This document shows positions 18,382 to 26,218 of a DNA stretch of 64,000 nt, in pieces. Source of the stretch: Bacteriovoracia bacterium (lineage in GTDB: Bacteria; Bdellovibrionota; UBA1018; CAIPTA01); NCBI GenBank assembly GCA_050246755.1, contig JBFWVL010000001.1:704001-768000 (forward strand). Direction: 5' to 3'. The notes below the pieces were generated by a model, which saw nothing but the letters and a program-made list of their open reading frames with translations, was not told where the DNA came from and ran no database searches. The translations under genes were made by a program, and so were the position numbers. Within the stretch, counting starts at the first letter, position 1, and each line of letters opens with the position of its first letter.

Positions 18382-20680
18382 TCTGCTTTTGCTTCTTTTC
18401 CCTCTTCCGCTTTTTGCCAGCACGGTTTCCGACGTGCGTTGCCAGCAAACGGCGGAGCGGGCAAGCCTCTGCCAAATTCAGCTACAGGGCGAAGTGCAGG
18501 AAGGCGAGCGCCTCTTCATCACGAACGTTAGGGAGAGCGATCAGCTCTTCTGGGAAAACACGCGCCTCGGCGGTACCGGTGTGCTATTCGATCAGCATTT
18601 TTTTGCCGGCTTCCTGCCCCGCCTCTATTCTCTGCAGCCGATTCAGGGAAAAATTTCGCCCATCCTTTCTGTGCGCGCTACCGCCATTTTCGACCGAGAA
18701 GCCTCTATTCCCGTGGGCGCCAAGGTGCGGGTGGTGGACGCCCGTTATCCTGTTACGAAAGTGCTCGCGCCGCTATACTGGCCTCTAGCTTCCTTTCTTT
18801 TTCTCGTATTCGCCTGGGTCTACCTAGTTAGCTACCTACGCCAGCAGACCATCGACGGCTGGATCTACCCTCGCCAAGAACTGCGCTGGTTCTTCGGAGG
18901 GCTTTCCGCTTATCTCTTGCTCAGCCATGAAGTTTCCCGCCTATTCGTGCCCCTCACCTGGTCAGTAGACCTACACCTCTTTGCGCAACGCCTAGCCCTC
19001 TTCGTCTGCGCGTGGTCCCACGCGGCGCTCGTGATGGGTGGACGCTTCAGCGACCGCTCCTGCGTGGAACGCGGACTAACGCGCGCCGAAGCGCCCTGGC
19101 TCAATCGTATTTTCACCGGCTGCTTCCTGGTTTCGCTCGGCGCCCTCGCTTATGCCCCCGATATCCGCTATGCACACTTCTACTTCCTTCTCGCATTCCA
19201 GGCCTCGCTTCTGGCCTACAGCACTTTCGTGGCCATTGCCGGCACGGAATGGAAGCGGATCCTGAAACGCTCCGGCACCAGCCCCCTGCTCTTTCACTTT
19301 TCCCTTCTTCTATTTCCTTTCGCCCTGCTCGCCTTCTCCACCGGCCGCTACCTTTCTCTTTTCGACGGCCAGCGTATCTTCGTAGCGGCTGCCAGCTTCG
19401 TGCTCGCGGCGGGCGTTTGGCGCCTCCATCGTTTTCACTACGTGCGCCAGCGCAGCCTACAGCTCGCCGCGGAGTGCCGCGAGGTGCTGCAGGGATTCGT
19501 GCACGGGGAACGCCGTCTCCACGCGCTCTGCGAATTTATCGAATCGGAGTGGGGAGCGGCGCGGGTTAGCGTGATTTCGGTGGAGAACTCTCAGGGACTC
19601 GTGCTCGCCTCGGCTGGCCCCGACGCTATTTCTCCCGAAAATCGTGCCGAACCCCGCAAGCTTGGCCCTTTCCTTCGCCGCGTGTGCAAAGAAGGGCATA
19701 TCCTCTACGCTCCCGTGGCGGAAGAGCTCGGTAAAGACCTGCAGGAAAAAGGGCTCCGCCACAGCAGCTTGGCTTTGCCGCTCACCCAGGAGGGCCGCGT
19801 GCGCGTGGTGCTTTGTATCATGGCCGACGAAGGAGAGCGGATTCACCCCCTCGATGCCACCCTCATGGAGCTGCTCACCGAATCTCTCGGCCTGGAAATC
19901 CTTTCGGCCGTGGGCCAGCATATCGCCGAGGAAAAAAACGAGCGCCTGATGGCGATCTCTCGCAATAGCGGCGGCCTCGCCGTAGAGCATATGGACGGAT
20001 GGGGACATTTACATTTCAATAAATCGGAAGAGGTTCGTTACCTCGTGGGCGCCGAGGCCCTCGCTGAGCCGAAATTTTCGCGGCAGGTGCAGCGCTCTTC
20101 ATCGCTGAATAAGCTACTGCGTGGATTCGAACTGGAGTTACGCTCCATCTGGACCGGACTCGCCGAATCCTGCGAATTTTTGCCCAAAGACGTGAACGGA
20201 GATTTTTGGGTGCTATCTCCGCGGGAATTCCGCCAGCCATTCCTGCAAAAATTGGGCGCCGAAAGGGTGGCGCTCCTGCTCGCCCACGCCCTCGAGCGCG
20301 CGGCGCGCACACTCGCCGCCAAGCCCGGCTATCTTCCGCTCGGAATCACTAGCCCCAAGGTGATCGTGGGCGGCACGAAGCTGCGATTCGTTTCCTACGG
20401 CACTGCCGAAACGGGCAACGTGGAAACCGACGCCGCCGACTTCTCGCTTCTCCAGCGGCTGCGGGAAGAGGCGCCTCGCGGCTCCCTGCTTTTCTGGGGA
20501 GATAACCCGGCCAAGCGCCTCACCGACGAGCGCTTCGACTGCAAAACTCAAATTACCCGCGCATTCGAGCTCGATCGCCTCTTCAGCGTGATCGGCGTTC
20601 ACTCCGATAAAAAAGAACTGCGTAAGCTCGAGGCCAGGGCGCTGGAGCAGGCTCGACTCTATCTGAAACGCGCGGCATAG
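18371..20680 (+). CDS. Multi-TM sensor-like protein: periplasmic domain, ~7 TM, GAF-like domain, degenerate cyclase-like C-terminus
   Basis: GGAGG RBS; signal peptide; series of hydrophobic segments; GAF-like SSLALPLTQEGRVRVVLCI; C-terminal KDVNGDFWV. Confidence 0.65.
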   Translation: MRLSLLLLLFPLPLFASTVSDVRCQQTAERASLCQIQLQGEVQEGERLFITNVRESDQLFWENTRLGGTGVLFDQHFFAGFLPRLYSLQPIQGKISPILSVRATAIFDREASIPVGAKVRVVDARYPVTKVLAPLYWPLASFLFLVFAWVYLVSYLRQQTIDGWIYPRQELRWFFGGLSAYLLLSHEVSRLFVPLTWSVDLHLFAQRLALFVCAWSHAALVMGGRFSDRSCVERGLTRAEAPWLNRIFTGCFLVSLGALAYAPDIRYAHFYFLLAFQASLLAYSTFVAIAGTEWKRILKRSGTSPLLFHFSLLLFPFALLAFSTGRYLSLFDGQRIFVAAASFVLAAGVWRLHRFHYVRQRSLQLAAECREVLQGFVHGERRLHALCEFIESEWGAARVSVISVENSQGLVLASAGPDAISPENRAEPRKLGPFLRRVCKEGHILYAPVAEELGKDLQEKGLRHSSLALPLTQEGRVRVVLCIMADEGERIHPLDATLMELLTESLGLEILSAVGQHIAEEKNERLMAISRNSGGLAVEHMDGWGHLHFNKSEEVRYLVGAEALAEPKFSRQVQRSSSLNKLLRGFELELRSIWTGLAESCEFLPKDVNGDFWVLSPREFRQPFLQKLGAERVALLLAHALERAARTLAAKPGYLPLGITSPKVIVGGTKLRFVSYGTAETGNVETDAADFSLLQRLREEAPRGSLLFWGDNPAKRLTDERFDCKTQITRAFELDRLFSVIGVHSDKKELRKLEARALEQARLYLKRAA

Positions 20681-20744
20681 AATAATTTAGTTGGGCCTCA
20701 TCTAAATCCAAAGCATACTATCTCCCAATACCCGGAGGTTGCCC

Positions 20745-21425
20745 ATGCCCACCCGCCAGTTCCGCTACTATGATTTCGTGATGGCCGCGTTCGTTTGCGT
20801 GCTTCTCTGCTCGAATTTAATCGGCGCATCGAAAATAGCGACGGTGGGCGGATTTAGCTTCGGCGCCGGGGTGCTATTTTTCCCCATCTCCTATATTTTC
20901 GGCGACGTGCTCACCGAAGTATACGGTTACGCCCAGGCGAGGCGCGTCGTTTGGGCGGGGTTCGCCGCTATGATCTTCGCCTCCTTCATGACCTGGTTCG
21001 TGCTCGCGCTGCCGCCGGCTGAAGGTTGGGCCCACCAGGAGGCCTTCGTTACCGTATTCGCTTCCACGCCGAGAATCGTGATCGGCTCCCTCGTGGCTTT
21101 TTTCTGCGGGGAGTTTTGCAATTCCTTCGTGCTCGCGAAGATGAAGATCGCCACCAAGGGCAAGCTTCTTTGGCTGCGCACTATCGGTTCCACGATCGCC
21201 GGAGAAGCCGTGGATACCCTGATCTTCTACCCAATCGCCTTTTACGGAACTTGGCCCAATGATTTGCTCATCAAGGTGATGATCGGCAACTATTGCATTA
21301 AAGTGGGATGGGAAGCCTTGGTGACGCCGGTAACCTACCTGGTGGTGAATTTCCTCAAGCGCGCCGAGAGTGAAGACCACTTCGACTACCGCACCGACTT
21401 CAATCCATTTACGCTGAAAGTTTAG
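20745..21425 (+). CDS. yhhQ: Queuosine precursor transporter (VUT/YhhQ family)
   Basis: SNLIGASK, FPISYIFGDVLTEVYGY, RIVIGSLVAF, RTIGSTIAGEAVDT; GGAGG RBS. Confidence 0.9.
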   Translation: MPTRQFRYYDFVMAAFVCVLLCSNLIGASKIATVGGFSFGAGVLFFPISYIFGDVLTEVYGYAQARRVVWAGFAAMIFASFMTWFVLALPPAEGWAHQEAFVTVFASTPRIVIGSLVAFFCGEFCNSFVLAKMKIATKGKLLWLRTIGSTIAGEAVDTLIFYPIAFYGTWPNDLLIKVMIGNYCIKVGWEALVTPVTYLVVNFLKRAESEDHFDYRTDFNPFTLKV

Positions 21426-22018
21426 GAAGCAAAGCGCGCCGCGCCGGCGGAAGCGGGCCGTTTGCGCCGCTCGTTCTTATTCGCCTTGCGGGTTTGATCT
21501 TCCGCGGTAGTTTCATTTTCCGCGCAGAGCGCGTTTTTTCCGCTGGACTCAAAACAACGTTTTACCTGCACCTCGGTTACGGAAAACTTCTTTCCTTTAC
21601 CTGGGGCGGAAAAAGCGAGCACGCCTTCCTCGTTCGCCACGAAGCTTCCATTCGCAGGTATCTCCGGGGTCTCGTTTAGGCCCACCAAAATCTTGGGGGA
21701 ACCGCTCGAAGTAACGCTAACCGTATCGTTAGTGGTAACCTTCACGGGGCTGCTCCATAATTCGCGGTGGGGAGCCTTGCTAAAGCGGTAGCTCAATTGG
21801 GTAACGCACTGAGCTTGATCCGGGCTAAGGCGGCCTAGGCGCGCCTGGCACCAGTTGGCAAAAGCCAGCGAAGGATCCACGGCCTGGGCCGCCACGTTAG
21901 CGCCCAGCGCATTTACTAAACCAGAAGGCAGTAAGGGATCTTGCTGTTTTTTTCCACCCATCGCCATTGCGTTGGAGGCCATGGCTACGATGGTGATCAA
22001 ATAGATAAATGGTTTCAT
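21422..22018 (-). CDS. Secreted hypothetical protein
   Basis: Signal peptide then MGGKK; four Cys; basic C-terminus RRKRPAS. Confidence 0.7.
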   Translation of the reverse strand: MKPFIYLITIVAMASNAMAMGGKKQQDPLLPSGLVNALGANVAAQAVDPSLAFANWCQARLGRLSPDQAQCVTQLSYRFSKAPHRELWSSPVKVTTNDTVSVTSSGSPKILVGLNETPEIPANGSFVANEEGVLAFSAPGKGKKFSVTEVQVKRCFESSGKNALCAENETTAEDQTRKANKNERRKRPASAGAARFAS

Positions 22019-22029
22019 ATGGCTGAAAA

Positions 22030-22045
22030 AGCAGGTTCCATGCCA
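22030..22045 (-). promoter_or_regulatory. Putative sigma54 promoter
   Basis: TGGCATGGAACCTGCT (GG-N10-GC); predicted +1 coincides with the ATG at 22018. Confidence 0.65.
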
Positions 22046-22125
22046 CGAGGAACCGGCCTGAACTACCAGGGAATAGCCCTTAGGGCTTCCCGGAGTGCCT
22101 AACTTTTAGACACCCGACCAAGGCG

Positions 22126-22156
22126 AAAAAAAGGGCGCTACCGAGGTAGCGCCCTT
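22126..22156 (-). terminator. Rho-independent terminator
   Basis: Stem AAGGGCGCTAC/GTAGCGCCCTT followed by a U-run on the minus strand. Confidence 0.85.
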
Positions 22157-22176
22157 CCCCACCTACGAAAGTCGAA

Positions 22177-22710
22177 CTAAGCCGCCCGGCGGTAAGTTTC
22201 CGAATGCGTTTCACTCACCAGTATCTGCTGAGTGAGTTCTGGGGTTAAACCCAATACCGCTCCGTAAAGCAAGTGCGAGGTGAACCACCAGCCGCTGTAA
22301 AGGGCCACGCGATCACTCATCACGGGATCAAAAATAGGCAAAGCCACAAAGGTCATTACCAGCCATACTCCCACTCCATAGACTGCTCCCCACCCCGCAG
22401 CCGAGGAAGAAGAGGTAACCGGAGGAATCATCAGGCCGAAACCGGTGCCCCACGCCGCGGCCACCGCAAAGTGAATCGCCGCGCCGAGGAGAATCGTTCC
22501 CACCCCGCCGATCAAGGCTTCTACTCCCAGGAAAGTAGCGGCAATTTGCTGAAGGGGAAAAAAGAAACCCTCCCCAAGCGCGGCCGTATACACCATTAAC
22601 GCTAGCATCATCACCAGCCCGCTGATCAGGCCGGCTTCAGCGCCGGCAATGGCCGAATCGCGTTTATAGTCGGAAACCGTTCCCCAGCTTCTCTCACTTT
22701 GATACATCAT
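22177..22710 (-). CDS. Four-TM membrane protein (DUF1440/DUF6789-like)
   Basis: Hydrophobic helices with IHFAVAAAWG and SHLLYG; AGGAG RBS; downstream of the DUF4142 gene. Confidence 0.65.
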   Translation of the reverse strand: MMYQSERSWGTVSDYKRDSAIAGAEAGLISGLVMMLALMVYTAALGEGFFFPLQQIAATFLGVEALIGGVGTILLGAAIHFAVAAAWGTGFGLMIPPVTSSSSAAGWGAVYGVGVWLVMTFVALPIFDPVMSDRVALYSGWWFTSHLLYGAVLGLTPELTQQILVSETHSETYRRAA

Positions 22711-22735
22711 AAAATTTCTCCTCTATATAAAATAT

Positions 22736-23377
22736 TTAACCAGACTGTTTCTCGAGCAAAATGGTGGCTAGCTTTTCGTGCTGGCTGATGATCGGCCTTA
22801 CCTTCGCTAAATAAGAACGCGGAGCGCCGCTGGGCATTCCTTCGATGGCGCCGGAAAGCTCCTGCACCGCCTTGGCGTGCCCTTCCACCATTTTCGCGAG
22901 GAATAAGCGGTCAAAGTCTTCCAGCATCGCGCTCCGCAGGCTGTCGGAGCTAGCCCGCTCCTTGGCGGTTTCTTCCGCGCTGAGCACTGAACTGCGATCT
23001 ACCGGAATATTTTTATCCTCCGCGAACGCCATGAGCTTGCGGTCGTTCACCTGGTGATCCCGCATCAGGCGTTCCCCGTAGTCCCTTACGATTTTACTTT
23101 GCCCTTTTTCCATGGCCAATTTGCCCATTTCGATTTCCATCATATTTACGTGATGAACCCTCGAGAAAGCGGCCGCCACCACGTTCGTAGCTTCCACGTT
23201 GGCGTGGAGATCTTCGGAGACGGGACTATTCGGTACGGGAATTACTCCATTATCCATCATCGCCGGCCCAGTAGCCGGACTCACCATCGCGGTGGCTTCC
23301 ACCGCTGCGTGGCTTGCCATTGGTAGCAGACCCAATAACGCAGCCGATAAAAAATACTTTTTGCCTTTATTTTTCAT
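22736..23377 (-). CDS. DUF4142 (ferritin-like) secreted protein
   Basis: Signal peptide; MEIEMGKLA, YGERLMRDH, FDRLFLAKMVEGH, ISQHEKLA. Confidence 0.8.
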   Translation of the reverse strand: MKNKGKKYFLSAALLGLLPMASHAAVEATAMVSPATGPAMMDNGVIPVPNSPVSEDLHANVEATNVVAAAFSRVHHVNMMEIEMGKLAMEKGQSKIVRDYGERLMRDHQVNDRKLMAFAEDKNIPVDRSSVLSAEETAKERASSDSLRSAMLEDFDRLFLAKMVEGHAKAVQELSGAIEGMPSGAPRSYLAKVRPIISQHEKLATILLEKQSG

Positions 23378-23426
23378 TTCTCCCCCTAAAAATCAGCGGG
23401 CCGCCAGGGCCACGCGGGAGACAAAT

Positions 23427-23442
23427 AGCAAAGCTCGTGCCG
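23427..23442 (-). promoter_or_regulatory. Putative sigma54 promoter
   Basis: CGGCACGAGCTTTGCT, close to the TGGCACG-N4-TTGC consensus. Confidence 0.7.
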
Positions 23443-23485
23443 CTTGAAATAAACTCAACTAGTTTAGTATTGGGAGCCGCGGCAA

Positions 23486-24553
23486 TTACGTGAGGAGCTT
23501 ACCGAGCGTATTCCGTACCGCCGGATTGCGCATACGGTACATACGCGATTCGATATAGAAATGCAGCAGCGAAGTGGTCAGGGAAATGGCCACCACCACG
23601 TTCAAAAACAAGTTCACGCGGGCGGGCTCCCAATAGCCTGCGAGCGGCGCAAAATCCAGGCGCGAAGAATCACCGAATACCACCGGGATGCCCATGAGGC
23701 TCACCACGAGCACACCCAGCACCCAGGCCCAACCGCTTACCTTGGCTTCCGTTTTTTTCTGCAGGCGGCGAAAGAAAAAAATCGACTCCAATCCATGCGT
23801 GGCCTGCCCGGCGAAAACCGCGAGCGGAGTAATGATATAAAAAGGCAAAATAAACAGGCGCAGAAGAAAGAGACTCTTATTCCAGTTTTTCGTTTCGCCG
23901 CGGGAATTATTCCACACGATCACTCCCGCCATGCCGATCGCGGCGCCCACAAAGATCGCACGCACTTTTTCTTCAGCCGACTCCAGCAAAAACTCCCGGT
24001 TGGTAAGATGAAAGAAAGGCAACGCCGCGCCAAAGAGAACACAGCAAAATATCCCGAAGAACATTTTTCGATCCAAATCCGGCCGCCCCGTGTTCGCGCC
24101 CTGCCCGTAGACCAGCATAATCCCCCTTACCTGGAAGATCAGGTGCCAAGTGGCAAAAAGCTTCAGTAAAAAAATGGCCAGGGTCCCCGGCCCCACTCCA
24201 CTAGCCCGCAGGCCCGCCAGGTTCTCCAGCGAGCCGGTGGCCAAAAATATTCCGAGCCCCCCTAGCCCGCACGTTAGCAAACCAGTCCATTCCTTCCAGG
24301 AGATTTGCCGTAAAAATTCCTGCCCTTCAGGGAAACGCAGCACATAAAAAGAAAGCACCGTGTGCCCGATATTCAGCAGTAAAATATTGGAGAGGAAAAC
24401 GAAGTAAAAATAGTAACCACCCACCCAGCCATGGCCAAAAATCGCAGTCAAAGCCACGAGCGGAAGCAGGCAGATCGGAAAAAAGAGATTGAAGAGCTCT
24501 TCCGGCCAGGAAAACAATTTGTTCTGCTGCAGAGCCTGGAACATGAGCTCCAT
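23486..24553 (-). CDS. Polytopic membrane protein with four His-containing motifs
   Basis: About 9-10 hydrophobic segments; NIGHTV, TWHLIFQVRG, THGLES, LLHFYIE. Confidence 0.7.
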   Translation of the reverse strand: MELMFQALQQNKLFSWPEELFNLFFPICLLPLVALTAIFGHGWVGGYYFYFVFLSNILLLNIGHTVLSFYVLRFPEGQEFLRQISWKEWTGLLTCGLGGLGIFLATGSLENLAGLRASGVGPGTLAIFLLKLFATWHLIFQVRGIMLVYGQGANTGRPDLDRKMFFGIFCCVLFGAALPFFHLTNREFLLESAEEKVRAIFVGAAIGMAGVIVWNNSRGETKNWNKSLFLLRLFILPFYIITPLAVFAGQATHGLESIFFFRRLQKKTEAKVSGWAWVLGVLVVSLMGIPVVFGDSSRLDFAPLAGYWEPARVNLFLNVVVAISLTTSLLHFYIESRMYRMRNPAVRNTLGKLLT

Positions 24554-24610
24554 ACTAATCGGAAAAACCTTTGGCGCGGCGAAAATTTAGGACTGAAAAA
24601 TAGACTGAAT

Positions 24611-24685
24611 TGGTTCAGGCACGCGGGATTGAACCGCGGACCCCTTCCATGTCAAGGAAGTGCTCTGCCACTGAGCTATGCCTGA
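24611..24685 (-). tRNA. tRNA-Val(GAC)
   Basis: TCAGGCA acceptor stem, D arm GCTC-AGTGGCA-GAGC, anticodon arm CTTCC-TTGACAT-GGAAG, T arm CGCGG-TTCAATC-CCGCG, discriminator A, encoded CCA. Confidence 0.95.
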
Positions 24686-24742
24686 ACTGCAGCTTTGCTT
24701 ATAGCGAATCTCGGCGGGAAGCTCAAGGCACGGCCACCGGGC

Positions 24743-24778
24743 AAAAAAAGGGGAGAAAGCGTTAGCCTTCTCCCCTTT
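24743..24778 (-). terminator. Rho-independent terminator of the porin paralog
   Basis: AAAGGGGAGAA...TTCTCCCCTTT stem with a U-run on the minus strand. Confidence 0.8.
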
Positions 24779-24800
24779 CAACGTAGCTTGCGAGGGAAAC

Positions 24801-26048
24801 CTAGAAACTAATAGCGCTATACAACTCGATCCGGCGCTGCTTCTGCAGGCGCTTCTCGTTCGGAGTGGCGAGGGCCACGCCTTCGCCGCCCACGCGGCCT
24901 TTCTCTTTGTGGTACTGCAACTTTCCGCCGAGCGCCAAGTTATCGGCCAGCATGTACTTGCCTTCGAACATGTGGGAGCGGTTATCGGCCGGCGCATCGC
25001 CGTTGGTGAAGGTATTGATCACCGAAGCGATTCCCCGGTCAGCGAAGGTATAGGTAACAGTCCACTCGTTGGCTTTCTTCGCCACGCCATAGATCAACGA
25101 AAGGCTATAACCATCGCGGCTAGCTTTTCTCGCCGTGATATTCACGGGAGCAATGCCGCCGTAGTAAACGGTCTTATTGCGGATATATTCGCCCACGAAG
25201 CGTAGCGAGTACGGAAGAGTCCAGTCGGTGAGCAGCTGCCATTGGCGGGTATTGTTCATGATTACGTTCACGTCAGTGGCCAACGCCGCGCCGGTAGAAG
25301 GAGCTGCCACACCGCCGTGCACTTGGTTGCTATACCAGTTACTGGTGGAGGATCCGCCGGTGCCAGACCAGTTATGGTAACCGAGCGCAAATACCGCTTT
25401 AACGTCGTCGCTCACTTTCCAGTCGAAGGTGGGCTGCAAGCTATAGAGCACGCCGAAGTGCGAGCGCGTATCGGCCACTGCCTGGGTGGCTTCGGTAGAA
25501 GTATAAGTAGAGGGTTGCGCGGGGGTTCCGCGATTAGTGGCACCGAGCACGTACTGGGCAGCGTTGAATCCGAAAGCACCGTGCTTCCAATTCCAGCCGA
25601 GGCCATCCCAGCGATTGTCGCGGTCGAGAAAACCCTGGCCCACGCTGTCGTAGAGGAAAGCGGCCTTCTGGCGTCCGATCACCACGGCCCATTCGCTCGC
25701 GAGCCACTCGTTGGTATGCAAACGCACGTTCGCCTGCTCGAGGCCGAAGGTTAGGTCTGCACTATTAGAAAATTGCACCCATTCGCTGATCTGACTGCTT
25801 TGGGTACGCATGCCCACAGTCCAGTCGAGGTGCTCGCTACCTTCGGACACGCCAAGCGCCGCACGAAGCTCGTAACGCTTATTGGTGGCCTTGGAGGTAT
25901 CTTTTCCGGCGGCGTTCTTGGCCTCTAAACCGTCGTTCAGCTCGCGGTTCAGGTAGCGCAGGCCGGAGCCTCCGCTCCACTTCATTTCGGCTTGGGCATA
26001 GGGGGCGGCTAGGGACAAAAGTAAAAGAGCGGCAAAAATCTTTCGCAT
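24801..26048 (-). CDS. Putative outer-membrane porin (beta-barrel), paralog 2
   Basis: ATG 26048 after GGAG; signal peptide; alternating strand pattern; C-terminal Phe (YSAISF); IGRQK, DRDNRWDG. Confidence 0.8.
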   Translation of the reverse strand: MRKIFAALLLLSLAAPYAQAEMKWSGGSGLRYLNRELNDGLEAKNAAGKDTSKATNKRYELRAALGVSEGSEHLDWTVGMRTQSSQISEWVQFSNSADLTFGLEQANVRLHTNEWLASEWAVVIGRQKAAFLYDSVGQGFLDRDNRWDGLGWNWKHGAFGFNAAQYVLGATNRGTPAQPSTYTSTEATQAVADTRSHFGVLYSLQPTFDWKVSDDVKAVFALGYHNWSGTGGSSTSNWYSNQVHGGVAAPSTGAALATDVNVIMNNTRQWQLLTDWTLPYSLRFVGEYIRNKTVYYGGIAPVNITARKASRDGYSLSLIYGVAKKANEWTVTYTFADRGIASVINTFTNGDAPADNRSHMFEGKYMLADNLALGGKLQYHKEKGRVGGEGVALATPNEKRLQKQRRIELYSAISF

Positions 26049-26135
26049 GCGTTTCTCCGGAGGTTGGTGTCTGGGATAACGATAGAGCAAAATATTGCGC
26101 GCGCAAAGAAGCTAAATAGATCCTAATGAAACCCT

Positions 26136-26177
26136 AAAAAAGAAAAACGGGAAGAATCCTTTCGGACTCTCCCCGTT
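26136..26177 (-). terminator. Rho-independent terminator between the two porin genes
   Basis: AACGGGGAGAGTCC-GAAA-GGATTCTTCCCGTT plus U-run on the minus strand. Confidence 0.85.
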
Positions 26178-26218
26178 CCTTTGTATTGGCTAAGAAGTTA
26201 AGTGCTTCTTACGTTTAG

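Noticed and set aside
20681-20744. preQ1 riboswitch upstream of yhhQ
   Set aside because: Short spacer with no recognisable preQ1 stem-loop or A-rich tail
1-24610. Possible genomic island integrated at the tRNA-Val 3' end
   Set aside because: No integrase, transposase or duplicated tRNA 3' end seen in the window, and composition looks host-like; the far boundary may lie outside the window, so it cannot be fully excluded
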